A model generated the notes under the pieces. That model was not told where the DNA came from and did no database searches. It worked only from the letters and a program-made list of their open reading frames with translations. This document shows, piece by piece, positions 9,988 through 20,972 of a stretch of DNA of 64,000 bases. The translations under genes were made by a program, and so were the position numbers. Source of the stretch: Candidatus Poribacteria bacterium. GTDB taxonomy: Bacteria; Poribacteria; WGA-4E; PCPOR2b. Each line of letters begins with the position of its first letter. Position 1 is the stretch's first letter. Location of the stretch: contig OZ220744.1 of assembly GCA_965116925.1 (NCBI GenBank), positions 2,240,001-2,304,000 on the forward strand, written 5' to 3'.

Positions 9988-10583
9988 TGCAAATTACTGC
10001 AAAGATGGTTAGTGAGTTGCGCGCACGCACAAGTGCCGGAATTATGGACTGTAAGAAAGCCCTTACCGAAACGGCTGGCGATTTAGAGGCAGCGATTCAG
10101 CTGCTGCGCGAAAAGGGATTGAAGGCTTCGGAGCTCAAAGGCGGACGCACCACCTCCGAGGGGGTGATTGCCTCGTATATTCACCCCGGCAGCCGGATTG
10201 GTGTGTTGGTTGAGGTCAACTGTGAAACCGATTTCGTCGCCCGGACGGAACAATTTCAGCAGTTGACAAAAGAGATTGCAATGCAGGTTGCCGCCGCCAA
10301 GCCTAAATACGTTAGCGAAGAAGATGTGCCAGCAAGTGTGTTAGAGTCAGAAAAAGAGATTTTGAGAAGACAGACACTTGACGAGGGGAAACCGGAGCAT
10401 ATCGTTGATAAAATCGTTGACGGCAGACTCTCTAAATTTTATGCTGAATCTTGTCTACTTGAACAACCCTATATTCGAGAAATGGATAAAACGGTTAAGC
10501 AGCTCATTCAAGATGCCATCGCTCAGCTTGGAGAAAACATTGTTGTGAAGCGGTTTTCGCTCTATGTGTTAGGACAAGACTAA
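9987..10583 (+). CDS. tsf: elongation factor Ts (short form)
   Basis: ELRARTSAGIMDCKKAL and EVNCETDFVAR motifs. Confidence 0.97.
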   Translation: MQITAKMVSELRARTSAGIMDCKKALTETAGDLEAAIQLLREKGLKASELKGGRTTSEGVIASYIHPGSRIGVLVEVNCETDFVARTEQFQQLTKEIAMQVAAAKPKYVSEEDVPASVLESEKEILRRQTLDEGKPEHIVDKIVDGRLSKFYAESCLLEQPYIREMDKTVKQLIQDAIAQLGENIVVKRFSLYVLGQD

Positions 10584-10600
10584 ATTGTAGAATTGAGGAA

Positions 10601-10712
10601 GCTCACGTAAAAAGAAAGTGCAAAATCCGAAGAGAAACCGTAGGCGGGGCATCTCGCCCCGCCCGCACTTGCCCTAAACTCGGTTTCTGTTGCACGTTTT
10701 CTTAATATGAGC
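10601..10712. mobile_element. MITE-like element (GCTCAYRTWAAGAAA termini)
   Basis: Imperfect TIR GCTCACGTAAAAAGAAAGTGCAA / TTGCACGTTTTCTTAATATGAGC. Similar element at 35644-35777. Confidence 0.55.
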
Positions 10713-10740
10713 GTTGGAATAGTCTAAAGGAGTGTTCAAA

Positions 10741-11298
10741 ATGCCTAAAACAATTCTTCGTGATGCAGAGACGCGAATGCAGAAGGCTGTGGAAGCGACA
10801 GCAAGAGATTTTTCACATGTACGCACCGGGAGAGCCTCGACTACTCTATTGGATAACATTCATGTCGATTATTACGGCACCAAGAGTCCAATTAATCAAG
10901 TTGCGACGATTACCATCCCTGAACCTCGCCTGATTGTCATCCAACCGTGGGATAAGACGGTTATGAAGGATATTGAAAGAGCGATTGCTCAATCTGACTT
11001 GGGTTTGAATCCGAACAGTGACAGCAATGTGATTCGCATCCAGATCCCTGAGTTGACAACGGAACGGCGGCAGGAACTGACCCGATACGTCGCTAAATTA
11101 GCCGAAGAAGGACGGGTCGCGATCAGGAATATCCGACGCGATGCAAATGATGCGCTGCAGAAGTTAGAGAAGTCGAAAAAGATTTCCCAGGATGAGCGTC
11201 ATACCTATGCGGCAGAGGTTCAAGACTGCACGGATCTATACACCGAGCAGACTAACGAGTTGTTAAAATCCAAGGAAGAAGAGCTACTCGAACTGTAA
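10741..11298 (+). CDS. frr: ribosome recycling factor
   Basis: VRTGRAS, IQPWDK, IPELTTERR and RNIRRDAND motifs. Confidence 0.97.
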   Translation: MPKTILRDAETRMQKAVEATARDFSHVRTGRASTTLLDNIHVDYYGTKSPINQVATITIPEPRLIVIQPWDKTVMKDIERAIAQSDLGLNPNSDSNVIRIQIPELTTERRQELTRYVAKLAEEGRVAIRNIRRDANDALQKLEKSKKISQDERHTYAAEVQDCTDLYTEQTNELLKSKEEELLEL

Positions 11299-11350
11299 TC
11301 AGTGACCGAGGTATGATCTTCGATCCATAAATTTGTCCGTCCCCGAACCA

Positions 11351-12166
11351 ATGTTTTGGAAGCGAGTTATTAGTGCGATCATCCTAATACCTGTGATTAT
11401 CTTCCTTGTTTGGTGGGGAGGGTATCCCTATTCAGCAGCGATTATTCTAGCTAGCAGCTTGATGCTGATTGAGTTTTGGGGGCTTTCCCAATCAATTGGG
11501 GGAAGGGGCGGGCGAATTTTCACCGTCGTATGTGGCATCCTGTTCTGTTTATCGGCAGTTGATTCGATCGGTTTCAGAATTCCTGTTGAACTCGCTCTTA
11601 CCTTGACGCTTCTGCTCCTGTTCTCCTACCAGATTTTCCGTGATCAGGTCAACGTTGCCTTCCTTTCTGTTGCCAGTACGCTCCTGGGAGTCGTCTATAT
11701 CGGTTGGGCTTTTGGGTATCACCTGATTCTGCTGCGCGACATCAGCGATGCTGGTAGGGGATTAATCTTCTTCTTGCTAGTGACTATTTGGCTTGGTGAT
11801 ACGGCGGCATATCTTTTCGGCAAGCGGTTCGGGAGGCATAAGCTCCGTCCGACGATTAGTCCCGCTAAAACTATTGAAGGGGCAATTGCAGGGATAGTGT
11901 TTGGAACACTCGGCGGGCTTGGTGTCCGGTTTTTTTTCTTGGAAGAGGTACTGAGTTTTCCACACGCGCTGGTTCTTGGAGTTATGTTAGGCATCGTTGG
12001 TCAGCTGAGCGACTTGAGCGAGTCTGTTATCAAACGGAGTGCTGGTGTTAAGGATTCGGGGGATTTAATTCCGGGCCACGGTGGATTGCTGGATCGATGC
12101 GACAGCTTGGTTCTTTCGGCACCTGCGCTTTATTACTACTTTGTGTATCTGATAAACCCAACGTGA
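11351..12166 (+). CDS. cdsA: phosphatidate cytidylyltransferase
   Basis: ISPAKTIEG and KDSGDLIPGHGGLLDRCDS motifs. Confidence 0.95.
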   Translation: MFWKRVISAIILIPVIIFLVWWGGYPYSAAIILASSLMLIEFWGLSQSIGGRGGRIFTVVCGILFCLSAVDSIGFRIPVELALTLTLLLLFSYQIFRDQVNVAFLSVASTLLGVVYIGWAFGYHLILLRDISDAGRGLIFFLLVTIWLGDTAAYLFGKRFGRHKLRPTISPAKTIEGAIAGIVFGTLGGLGVRFFFLEEVLSFPHALVLGVMLGIVGQLSDLSESVIKRSAGVKDSGDLIPGHGGLLDRCDSLVLSAPALYYYFVYLINPT

Positions 12167-12388
12167 TGGGGCTATTGCGCTGTTCCTAAAATCAGCGATG
12201 CTGATTCAGATTTCGCGTTGGGTTTTACTCTATCTGTGAAATTTCAATTAGACATCATAGTGTCGTGCTTGTTTTTTTATTACTTCCGTTCAACCCAACC
12301 TACGTGCTGATACGTCCAACTGAAATGGAAACATAGGTTACGGCACGCGGAGCGTGTCTACTACTTTATTCTCATTCGTGAATACGCT

Positions 12389-13564
12389 ATGAAACAGCTC
12401 GCCATTCTTGGTTCCACAGGGTCTATTGGGCAGAATGCGCTGTCAGTCGTTGAGAGCCATTCCGATGAATTCGTCGTTGCTGGGCTTGTTGCCAATACAT
12501 CGGTCAATCGGATTGAACAGCAAGTGCGTCAATTTCGTCCGCGGCTTGTGACAGTAAGGGATGAAGCAGCTGCTAACCAACTGAGAAAACGGTTAAAGGA
12601 TGTCAAAACTGTTGAAGTCCTTTCAGGAGCCGAAGGGGTTTCGGCAGTTGCGACGATGGCAGAGGTTGACCTCGTTCTTGAAGCAATGGGCGGCAGTGCA
12701 GGACTTTTGCCAACCTTAGAAGCGATCCAAGCTGGAAAAGACCTCGCGTTCGTCAACAAAGAGGTGTTGGTCATGTGCGGTTCGCTGATTATGGAGGCAG
12801 CTAAGGAATATGATGTCTGCCTTGTGCCTGTGGACAGCGAAATCAGTGCAATCTTTCAGTGCCTTTCCAACGTTAATAGTGATGGTTGCAATCGTGGTGA
12901 CATTCATCGGCTGATTCTCACAGGTTCCGGTGGTCCCTTTCGCCAAACACCCTTGGAACAGCTCGACTCAGTAACACCTCAACAAGCGTTGAGGCATCCA
13001 AATTGGAAGATGGGGGAAAAAGTTACAATTGACTCGGCAACAATGATGAACAAGGGGTTTGAGGTTATCGAGTCGAAATGGTTCTTTGATGTGGAATTAT
13101 CGCAAATCGAGGTTGTTATTCATCCGGAAAGCATTATTCATTCAATGGTTGAATTTGTTGATGGTTCGTTGTTAGCGCAGTTAGGGGTATCGGATATGCG
13201 TTTGCCGATCCAATATGCGTTGACCTATCCGTGCCGTTTGCCTACTTCCGTTCCGCGTCTTGACCTATCTGAGATTGGTGCGCTCCACATGGAACCGGTT
13301 GATTCTGCAAAGTTTCCGTGCCTCGAACTTGCTTATAGTGCTGCGAAAGTTGGCGGCACCTTACCGACGGTGCTCAGTAGTGCCGATGAAGTCGTTGTAG
13401 AGGCATTCCTGAACCGGCGAATCGGATTTATGGACATCCCGAACTACCTTGAGGAAGTGATGACTCGACATGATGTAACACTTCAGCCAACGCTTGATGA
13501 TATTCTCGCCGCTGATCGGTGGGCGAGATCAGTCGCATACGAATTAATTCAAAGAAAAAGGTGA
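12389..13564 (+). CDS. dxr: 1-deoxy-D-xylulose-5-phosphate reductoisomerase
   Basis: LGSTGSIG, PVDSE and HPNWKMGEKVTIDSATMMNKG motifs. Confidence 0.97.
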   Translation: MKQLAILGSTGSIGQNALSVVESHSDEFVVAGLVANTSVNRIEQQVRQFRPRLVTVRDEAAANQLRKRLKDVKTVEVLSGAEGVSAVATMAEVDLVLEAMGGSAGLLPTLEAIQAGKDLAFVNKEVLVMCGSLIMEAAKEYDVCLVPVDSEISAIFQCLSNVNSDGCNRGDIHRLILTGSGGPFRQTPLEQLDSVTPQQALRHPNWKMGEKVTIDSATMMNKGFEVIESKWFFDVELSQIEVVIHPESIIHSMVEFVDGSLLAQLGVSDMRLPIQYALTYPCRLPTSVPRLDLSEIGALHMEPVDSAKFPCLELAYSAAKVGGTLPTVLSSADEVVVEAFLNRRIGFMDIPNYLEEVMTRHDVTLQPTLDDILAADRWARSVAYELIQRKR

Positions 13565-13569
13565 CATTA

Positions 13570-15201
13570 ATGATTCATTCTGCTACTATTATTCTCGCAA
13601 TCCTCGCCCTTGGTTTTCTAATTTTTATTCATGAACTTGGGCATTTCTTTGCGGCAAAACGGTGCGGGATTCGAGTGGAGAAATTTTCTATCGGTTTCGG
13701 TCCGAGACTCATCGGTTTTCAACGGGGAGAGACCGAGTACTGTATATCCGCCTTGCCGTTTGGTGGATTTGTGAAGATGGCGGGGGAAAGCCCTGATGAA
13801 CAGAAGGGCGAAGCGGGTGAATTCGCTTCAGCTCCTGTTGGACATCGTATTTTTGTGGCAATCGCGGGACCCGCAATGAACTTGATAATGGGTGTGATTC
13901 TCTTTTCATTTGTGTATCTTGTTGGGTTGGACCACGGCACGATGTGGTTGATGGAGATGCTGATTGGGCGGTCAGATCGGATGGCTCAAATTGGATTGGT
14001 GGCGGATGATAGCCCTGCGAAGCAGGGGGGCATCGAGCCGGGCGACACTATTGTTTCAATTAATGATCGGAAGATTAAGAATTGGCAGGACTTCAACACA
14101 ACGATCCTTACCCACCCCGATGAAGAGCTGAAAATTGTTGTTTCCCGTGACGGTCAGCCCAAGACGCTCTATGTGACACCGAGAAGTCTTGACAGGAGTG
14201 GAATAGGACAGATTCGGGTCTCTGCTCGACAATCTGCGATGGTTGAAAGTATCACCGAGAACAGTGAGGCGGCGAAAGCGGGTGTCCAAGCGAGAGACGT
14301 GATAGAAAGTATCAACGGACGAAAGATCTATCATGTGCCCGAATTCAATTCAGTGATTTGGGACCCTTCTAACCCTTTTGGATCAGCCCATCGAAGATTT
14401 TACGAGGAGATTAACGAAAGCCGAAACGGCGAGATTTTGCTGGGAATTCAACGGGGCGCGGAATCTTTAACTGCGAGTTTTCCAATTAATTGGGTGGTCA
14501 ATGCCGTTGTTGAAGAGGGCAGCGAAGCAGAAAAAGTAGGAATTCAAAACGGAGATGAGATTGTTGCAGTTAATGGGGAATCTATCAAGAATTTCGAGTT
14601 ATACCCGAAACTGCGCGAATTAGCTGCCAATCCCGATCAACCCGTTGAAATTGGATTACTCCGCGATGGGGAGCAGCTGAACACAACCCTGACCTTCGCT
14701 GTTGGTGACGATGGGAATCAACTTGACCTCCAAGGGTTACATTGGAGGTTGGCGTTGGATGGACTTGCGCTTGCCGTGCCCACTGTTCCAATTCCGAAAT
14801 ATAATGTCGTTACGGCTGTGGGCGAGGGTGTCCAAACGAATTGGTTAATTTTGGAAATGGTTGCAAAGGTGCTCAAACGCCTCGTCACTCGTGAAGTTAA
14901 GACGAAACACCTCACGGGACCGATTGGGATTGTGGACGCAACACGCCGAGTTGTGGAGTTCGGTCTAAGAAGTTTGCTCTTTTTCGTAGGCTTCATCAGT
15001 GTTAATCTCGCTATCGTGAATTTACTACCCATTCCGATTGCAGATGGGGGGCAAATCCTTTTCTTCACCCTTGAGAAGCTGCGCGGCAGACCCTTGAGTA
15101 TCCGTAAGCAGATGATTATCCAGCAGGTCAGCATTGTTTTGTTGGCGGGTCTATTTTTATATATTACGTTCTACGACATCCTGCGTGTCTTTTTTGTCTA
15201 A
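13570..15201 (+). CDS. rseP: RIP metalloprotease RseP with several PDZ domains
   Basis: HELGH, GGFVKM and NLLPIPIADGG motifs; about three PDZ-like repeats. Confidence 0.93.
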   Translation: MIHSATIILAILALGFLIFIHELGHFFAAKRCGIRVEKFSIGFGPRLIGFQRGETEYCISALPFGGFVKMAGESPDEQKGEAGEFASAPVGHRIFVAIAGPAMNLIMGVILFSFVYLVGLDHGTMWLMEMLIGRSDRMAQIGLVADDSPAKQGGIEPGDTIVSINDRKIKNWQDFNTTILTHPDEELKIVVSRDGQPKTLYVTPRSLDRSGIGQIRVSARQSAMVESITENSEAAKAGVQARDVIESINGRKIYHVPEFNSVIWDPSNPFGSAHRRFYEEINESRNGEILLGIQRGAESLTASFPINWVVNAVVEEGSEAEKVGIQNGDEIVAVNGESIKNFELYPKLRELAANPDQPVEIGLLRDGEQLNTTLTFAVGDDGNQLDLQGLHWRLALDGLALAVPTVPIPKYNVVTAVGEGVQTNWLILEMVAKVLKRLVTREVKTKHLTGPIGIVDATRRVVEFGLRSLLFFVGFISVNLAIVNLLPIPIADGGQILFFTLEKLRGRPLSIRKQMIIQQVSIVLLAGLFLYITFYDILRVFFV

Positions 15202-15266
15202 TCCTGAAGATGGGATTGGTTCATTAATGAACTAATGAACAAGTGAACCAATGAACTAATAAGTAG

Positions 15267-16325
15267 ATGACAACCCTGAGTCTCGCTCAAATCAAACGGT
15301 ATGATTCCGATGATATGCTTCACCTGCTGTCCAGTTTCTCTGGGCAGTGCAAGCGTGGCTGGGAAATTGGCGAGGCTCTCAAATTGGAGGGTTATAAGGA
15401 GCGGATTCCCAACAACATTGTGATTGCTGGGATGGGCGGTTCTGGAATTGGCGGAGACCTTGTGAAAGCGGTGGTTGGGAGCCAATTTCCGTGTCCAATT
15501 ATCGTCCACCGGGGCTATACCCTTCCTGCATTTGTTACATCTCAAACGCTTTTCATCGCTGTCAGTTATTCTGGTAACACGGAGGAAACCCTCCTGTCTG
15601 TTGAACAGGCATTGTCACAGAGGGCGAATATTCTGGCGGTTACCAGTGGTGGGAAGTTAAAGGCATTTGCGGCTGCACACGGTCTTCCTTGTGTAACAAT
15701 TCCAGCCGGACAACCGCCGAGAGCATCACTCGGTTATCTGCTCATGCCGATCTTATCAGTCCTTGCCCGGCTCGGATTTGCGCCAGACCTCGATTTCCAG
15801 AGCGATCTGGAGGAGACAATTGCTCTGTTAGGGAAGTTGGAGGGAGATTTTCCTCCCGACGTGCTAGAAAGTCAACCCAAGCAGCTTGCACAAGCGTTGC
15901 ACGGGAAGTTACCGATTATTTATGCTCCTCAAGAGCTTGAGGCGATTGCGATGCGATGGAAGGGGCAAATGAATGAGAACAGCAAATCGCTCGCTTACTA
16001 TAGTGTGTATCCTGAGATGAATCACAATGAGATCGAGGGTTGGAAGCACCCATCAGCGTTGACGCAGCAATGTCATGTTATCCAACTCCGCGATCCGATT
16101 GCTCCGTCTCAGACGCAGCGTCGGATGGACATCACAGCGGAACTCATTCAACCGCATACCGCTGGCATTACACAGGTGAATTCAGCTGGTAAATCGCTAC
16201 TTGCCCGTTTGTTATCGTTGGTTGTGATTGGGGATTGGACCAGCTTTTATCTCGCAATTTTATACAAACAAAATCCAACACCCGTTGGGCGAATTGAAGA
16301 ACTCAAACGCCGATTAGAGGCGTAA
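15267..16325 (+). CDS. bifunctional phosphoglucose/phosphomannose isomerase
   Basis: GMGGSGIGG, SYSGNTEET, ENSK and PEMNHNEI motifs. Confidence 0.9.
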   Translation: MTTLSLAQIKRYDSDDMLHLLSSFSGQCKRGWEIGEALKLEGYKERIPNNIVIAGMGGSGIGGDLVKAVVGSQFPCPIIVHRGYTLPAFVTSQTLFIAVSYSGNTEETLLSVEQALSQRANILAVTSGGKLKAFAAAHGLPCVTIPAGQPPRASLGYLLMPILSVLARLGFAPDLDFQSDLEETIALLGKLEGDFPPDVLESQPKQLAQALHGKLPIIYAPQELEAIAMRWKGQMNENSKSLAYYSVYPEMNHNEIEGWKHPSALTQQCHVIQLRDPIAPSQTQRRMDITAELIQPHTAGITQVNSAGKSLLARLLSLVVIGDWTSFYLAILYKQNPTPVGRIEELKRRLEA

Positions 16326-16412
16326 AACCTACCTGGAGGCGTAAAACGTAAAGCGTAAAACGTAAGGATTTAACACATTGCGTTTCACGTTTCACGTTTC
16401 ACGTTTCACGTT
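16321..16412. repeat. heptamer tandem repeats (CGTAAAA)n / (CGTTTCA)n
   Basis: Visible arrays between pgi/pmi and udg. The same unit recurs near 34343, 52309 and 59281. Confidence 0.75.
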
Positions 16413-16414
16413 CC

Positions 16415-17098
16415 ATGTCAGATCCGAATGAAGTGGTCGAAGGATATCTAGAAGTTGTCGCAACAGTGAGGGAATACGTGGAAGAACAAATGCAGCTTGG
16501 TTTTACAGAATTGTTTGAGGAAGAAGAGGAACCCGAATCCGAATTTGCCCAGTTTGATATAGGGCAGTTGCGCGATGAAGCGATGGGTTGTGAGCGGTGC
16601 GAACTGCATCAGGGACGAAACACAGTCGTTTTCGGAACTGGAGATGAAAACGCAGATCTCATGTTTGTCGGTGAAGCCCCCGGCGCGGATGAAGATCAAC
16701 AGGGTGAGCCTTTCGTCGGACGCGCGGGTCAACTGCTCACCCGGATTATTGAGGCGATGGAGTTGAGGCGTGAAGATGTTTATATCGCCAACGTGATTAA
16801 GTGTCGTCCACCCGGCAATCGGAACCCGAAACCGATTGAGATTGAAAGCTGTGAGCCTTTCCTGCTTAGACAGATTGAGCTAATCAAGCCGAAGGTGATC
16901 TGTGCCCTTGGCACATTTGCCGCTCAAACGCTACTTGCGACCAATCAGAGTATCTCCTCGTTGCGTGGTAGTTTCCACGACTATCACGGCTGCAAACTCA
17001 TGGCAACCTACCACCCCGCCTACCTCCTCCGCAATCCACATGGCAAACGAAATGTCTGGGAAGATATGCAGAAAGTAATGGCGGAGCTAAATACGTAA
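16415..17098 (+). CDS. uracil-DNA glycosylase family 4 (Fe-S)
   Basis: CERCEL, GEAPG, FVGRAG, KCRPPGNR and HPAYLLR motifs. Confidence 0.93.
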   Translation: MSDPNEVVEGYLEVVATVREYVEEQMQLGFTELFEEEEEPESEFAQFDIGQLRDEAMGCERCELHQGRNTVVFGTGDENADLMFVGEAPGADEDQQGEPFVGRAGQLLTRIIEAMELRREDVYIANVIKCRPPGNRNPKPIEIESCEPFLLRQIELIKPKVICALGTFAAQTLLATNQSISSLRGSFHDYHGCKLMATYHPAYLLRNPHGKRNVWEDMQKVMAELNT

Positions 17099-17164
17099 TT
17101 AGTACATTGGTTCATTAGTTCACTTGTTTATTAATGAACCAATGAATCGCTGATCCTTCACGCC

Positions 17165-19620
17165 ATGAAATACGCTCGTGTCGCTTTCCCACTCCCCCAA
17201 GATCTCACCTTCTCTTACGCTGTTCCAAGCCGCCTTCAATCCGTTGTGCAGCGCGGCAGCCGTGTCCTCGCGCCTTTGGGAGAGGGGACGCGCGAAGGGG
17301 TCATCGTCGATTTGATGGATGAGCCTGACCTACCCGATGACTCGATAATAATCAAAAATCTCAGCGACTGTTTGGACGATGCCCCTACCTTCTCAGATGA
17401 ACTGCTTACATTGACGAAATGGATGTCGGAATACTATTTGTCTTCGTGGGGCGAGGCGTTGCGGTGTGCTGCCCCCGCAGCGGTCAGAACCCGTCAGAAC
17501 CGGCTCGTGCATCTGCTTGCAACCGATGAACAAATTTCGGATATGCGGCAGTCGCGTCAAACGGAGATTTTGTCGATACTCAGTGAGGAGGATGGTTTAT
17601 CCATTCACCAGATCGCGCGGCGTATGGGAGTTGGGATTTCAAAGCTGCGTCAGGCGTTGTCTGCTCTACAAGAAAAGGGACTTGTCGAACTGCGGTCGAA
17701 CATCCAATCCAAAGCAAGACCACAAACGATCTCGATCGTTTCGCTTGCGAAGCCGGTTTCGGAAATTGAGGAACAGATAGCACAATTGGCTGCGGGTCGC
17801 GCCCCCAAACAGGCAGAGATGCTCCGCATTCTCCTCGACTGTAGTGATGAGACGTTGACGACAACGGATCTAGCTAAACGTGCCAACACTTCACCTACGG
17901 GGTTACAATCCCTTGAGCGGAAAGGGTTAATTCACGTTGAGTCCGTCCAGATTGTGCGAAATCCGCTGAGTCTAGATCCGGTGCCTTCCACACAGCCGCT
18001 CACACTGAATTCGGATCAGACGACTGCACTACAAGCAATCCAAGGGGCGATTGATTCGGATAGGCGGGAACTGTTCCTACTACACGGTGTCACGGGCAGC
18101 GGTAAGACGGAGGTTTATATGCAGGCGATGGCTTCCGTCATAGATCGGGGCAAACGGGTGATTGTGCTTGTCCCTGAGATTTCCCTGACACCCCAAACGG
18201 TCTCTCGGTTTGTCGGACGCTTTGGGAGTCGAGTGGCTGTTCTCCACAGCAATCTTTCAGATGGGGAGCGATATGACCAGTGGCAGCAGATTAAAGGCGG
18301 CGCGGCGGACATTGTTGTGGGACCGAGATCTGCAATCTTCGCGCCCTTTCCCAATCTCGGACTGATTGTAATTGATGAGGAGCATGAAACATCGTACAAG
18401 CAGGACGCTGCACAGCCATTCTATAATGCACGAGACGTTGCGGTAAAGCGATCTGAGCTAGTCGGTTGTCCGTTGATTCTCGGCAGCGCGACGCCGTCGT
18501 TGGAGAGTTTTTATTGTGCGCAGCAAGGAAAGTATACCCTCTTGAAACTTCCTTCGCGTGTGTCAAATATTGAGATGCCACCTGTCGAGATTGTGGATAT
18601 GCGCGAGGAGTTGAAAAGGGGCAATCGGACGATTTTTTCGACAGTCCTCCGGACAGCTATTGAGGAACGACTTTCTAAAGATGAGCAGATTATCCTTTTC
18701 CTGAATCGACGGGGGTTCTCCACTCACGTCTTTTGCAGGACCTGCGGCTACGTTGAACGGTGCGATCACTGTTCAATCTCGCTGACATTCCATTTTCATA
18801 CCAAACGGATGGGGTGTCGCCACTGCGGTTATGAACGCCCAACACCTCAAGTATGTCCAGAATGTGGCAGCGTGTACATCCGCTATTTTGGACTCGGCAC
18901 CGAGCAGGTTGAGCAAGAAGTAGTCAAAGCATTTCCCGAAGCAAGGGTCAGACGGATGGACGCCGACTCGACGACGCGCAAAGACGCCCATCAGCAGATC
19001 TTGGACGTTTTTAGGAGCGGGGAAATTGATATTTTGGTGGGGACGCAGATGATTGCGAAGGGGTTAGACTTCCCGAATGTAACGCTTGTCGGTGTGATTT
19101 CTGCGGATACCGCACTGAATCTACCGGACTTTCGTGCCGGGGAGCGGTCGTTTAATTTGCTAACACAGGTTGCTGGGCGATCGGGACGCAGCGAGGCGGG
19201 TGGAGACGTCATTATTCAGACCTACATGCCGGAACACTACAGTATCCAAGCAGCACAAGGGCATGATTATCTCCGTTCTATCGCGAAGAGATCGGTTATC
19301 GGGAGGCACTGCTCTACCCACCGTTGAGTCACGCTGCAACTATCCTGCTCCGTGGGGAGGTTGAGGCGGAGGTGATTCAGACCGCCAATCATCTGCTTGA
19401 TCAGCTTGAAGTTTTCAAGGGGGATCGCTTCCCTACCGTTGAGATTCGGGGACCTGTGCCCGCGCCGCTTGCCAAGATCCGAAATAAATTTCGGTGGCAT
19501 TTTCTATTGAGATCCGAGGATGTGGAGGAGTTGCGGGAACTGATTCAGTGTGCGGTTACTGAGACATCGCTCACGAATATCGATCTGATTGTGGATATTG
19601 ACCCGATAAGTGTGTTGTAG
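17165..19620 (+). pseudogene. priA: primosomal protein N' (PriA), split by a 1-nt frameshift near 19276 (possibly a sequencing error)
   Basis: GVTGSGKT, DEEH, Zn-finger CxxC pairs and QVAGRSGR. The homologous tail FYREEIGYREALLYPP..VDIDP continues in the -1 frame from 19276. Confidence 0.85.
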
Positions 19621-19709
19621 GATTTTGGTTTATTGGTTCATTAGTTCACTAGTCCATTAATTAGGAGTTACACGCTTCATCTACGAAAATCGTGTCCTTT
19701 GTAACGGAA

Positions 19710-19872
19710 TAGGAGTTACGCACTTCAGTAGGGAACGCAGATCTGCGTTCCCTACGGACTCCTTATGGAGCCTCTGCTGTAGTTGCCCGATTCATCGGGC
19801 GTTGGAAATAGTGTCTTGCGGCGATAAATCGCCGAACTACAGGTATCTGAGTGTTCAACTGCGTAAGTCCTA
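19710..19872. mobile_element. MITE (TAGGACTTACGCA termini) carrying REP-like palindromes
   Basis: TAGGAGTTACGCA...TGCGTAAGTCCTA. Very similar copy at 53694-53856. Confidence 0.75.
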
Positions 19873-20080
19873 AAGGAAATAAAGGTTGATGTGAAAAGAC
19901 AGTGCAAAGCGTGAAGAAAAAACGTATTTTTGACATTTGGAGACGCTGGGTGGTGTTTTTTTGCGATCTTTTTTTTGACACGAATCTGATATTTTTGAGG
20001 GAGTTAAACTATTAGCTTAACTCCTCAGTTTTTAAATCTTGCGTTAATTTGCTTTTTCTGGTATATTTTAAGTGCTTATG

Positions 20081-20215
20081 TTAGAACCTGTTTTAAAAGT
20101 AGGTGAAACGATCCTCTTTTGCCATTTTAGGGGCAAAATCAACCGATTTTGAGGACATTTACCCGTAAAATGACAACTTTCAGAGATTACTTTGGAATTT
20201 TCAAACAGGTTCTAA
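20081..20215. mobile_element. 135-bp MITE with IS5-like termini
   Basis: TTAGAACCTGTTTTAAAA / TTTTCAAACAGGTTCTAA inverted repeat (17/18 match); no ORF inside. Confidence 0.65.
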
Positions 20216-20307
20216 GATTTAAGATATGATTTTCCAAGTAATTGAGGATCCCAATAGTGGGTTTAATGCTTACGCTTCTGGCGGATCGATTTTAAAGGAG
20301 GTATATT

Positions 20308-20907
20308 TTGAATCTGTTGCTTCGTATTATTGTTGGTGGAATTTTTGTTTTTGTATTTATCTATGGTTTTGTCATATGGTATTGGTGGGATTCACCGGTG
20401 CAGCCGGCAAAAGTTTATGAATTACCGGATTCCGGGGTTGGGGTAGCTGCTGAAGTGGAATCTTCGGTTGGGGTCGATGTTTTTTCGCCGGCGAGCGGAA
20501 CTAATACGGGAGGGGGTGATTTGGAACATATTGGGGAAGCACAGGAAGGTTCTGAAAATAATGGTGTGGCTGAGGAGAATTCCTTTGAAGACTGTTGTCC
20601 TGAAGCTGAAGATGAATATCTTGGACAAGATTCAGAATTTGCACAAAATGTTGATTGGGACACTAATCCTGTATCGGCGGAAGTTTTGGCGGATTCAAAG
20701 CGACACTATGAACAATGGCAAGCGGAGGTGTTATATCATCAAGAGTACTCTGCGCTTGGCGATGAATTGAAACAGTTGGAAAGTGAATGGCATGCCCTTC
20801 TTGAGCTTGATATAGATGAATCTCTTGTGGCAAAATTGAAAGAGTGGGAAGTGAAGTATAAAGCTGTCCAACAGAAAATGGACAAGTTGAATAGAGAAAA
20901 GCCGTAA
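20308..20907 (+). CDS. hypothetical membrane-anchored acidic protein with C-terminal coiled coil
   Basis: RBS AAGGAGG, N-terminal TM helix, acidic linker. Confidence 0.7.
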   Translation: MNLLLRIIVGGIFVFVFIYGFVIWYWWDSPVQPAKVYELPDSGVGVAAEVESSVGVDVFSPASGTNTGGGDLEHIGEAQEGSENNGVAEENSFEDCCPEAEDEYLGQDSEFAQNVDWDTNPVSAEVLADSKRHYEQWQAEVLYHQEYSALGDELKQLESEWHALLELDIDESLVAKLKEWEVKYKAVQQKMDKLNREKP

Positions 20908-20972
20908 TGATTGGTGGGTTGATACGATTATTGATTGCTTAAATCGCATGTAAAAATTTAAGGAGGAAAATC

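Noticed and set aside
19276..19290. Programmed ribosomal frameshift in priA
   Set aside because: No slippery heptamer is visible; an indel is the simpler explanation.
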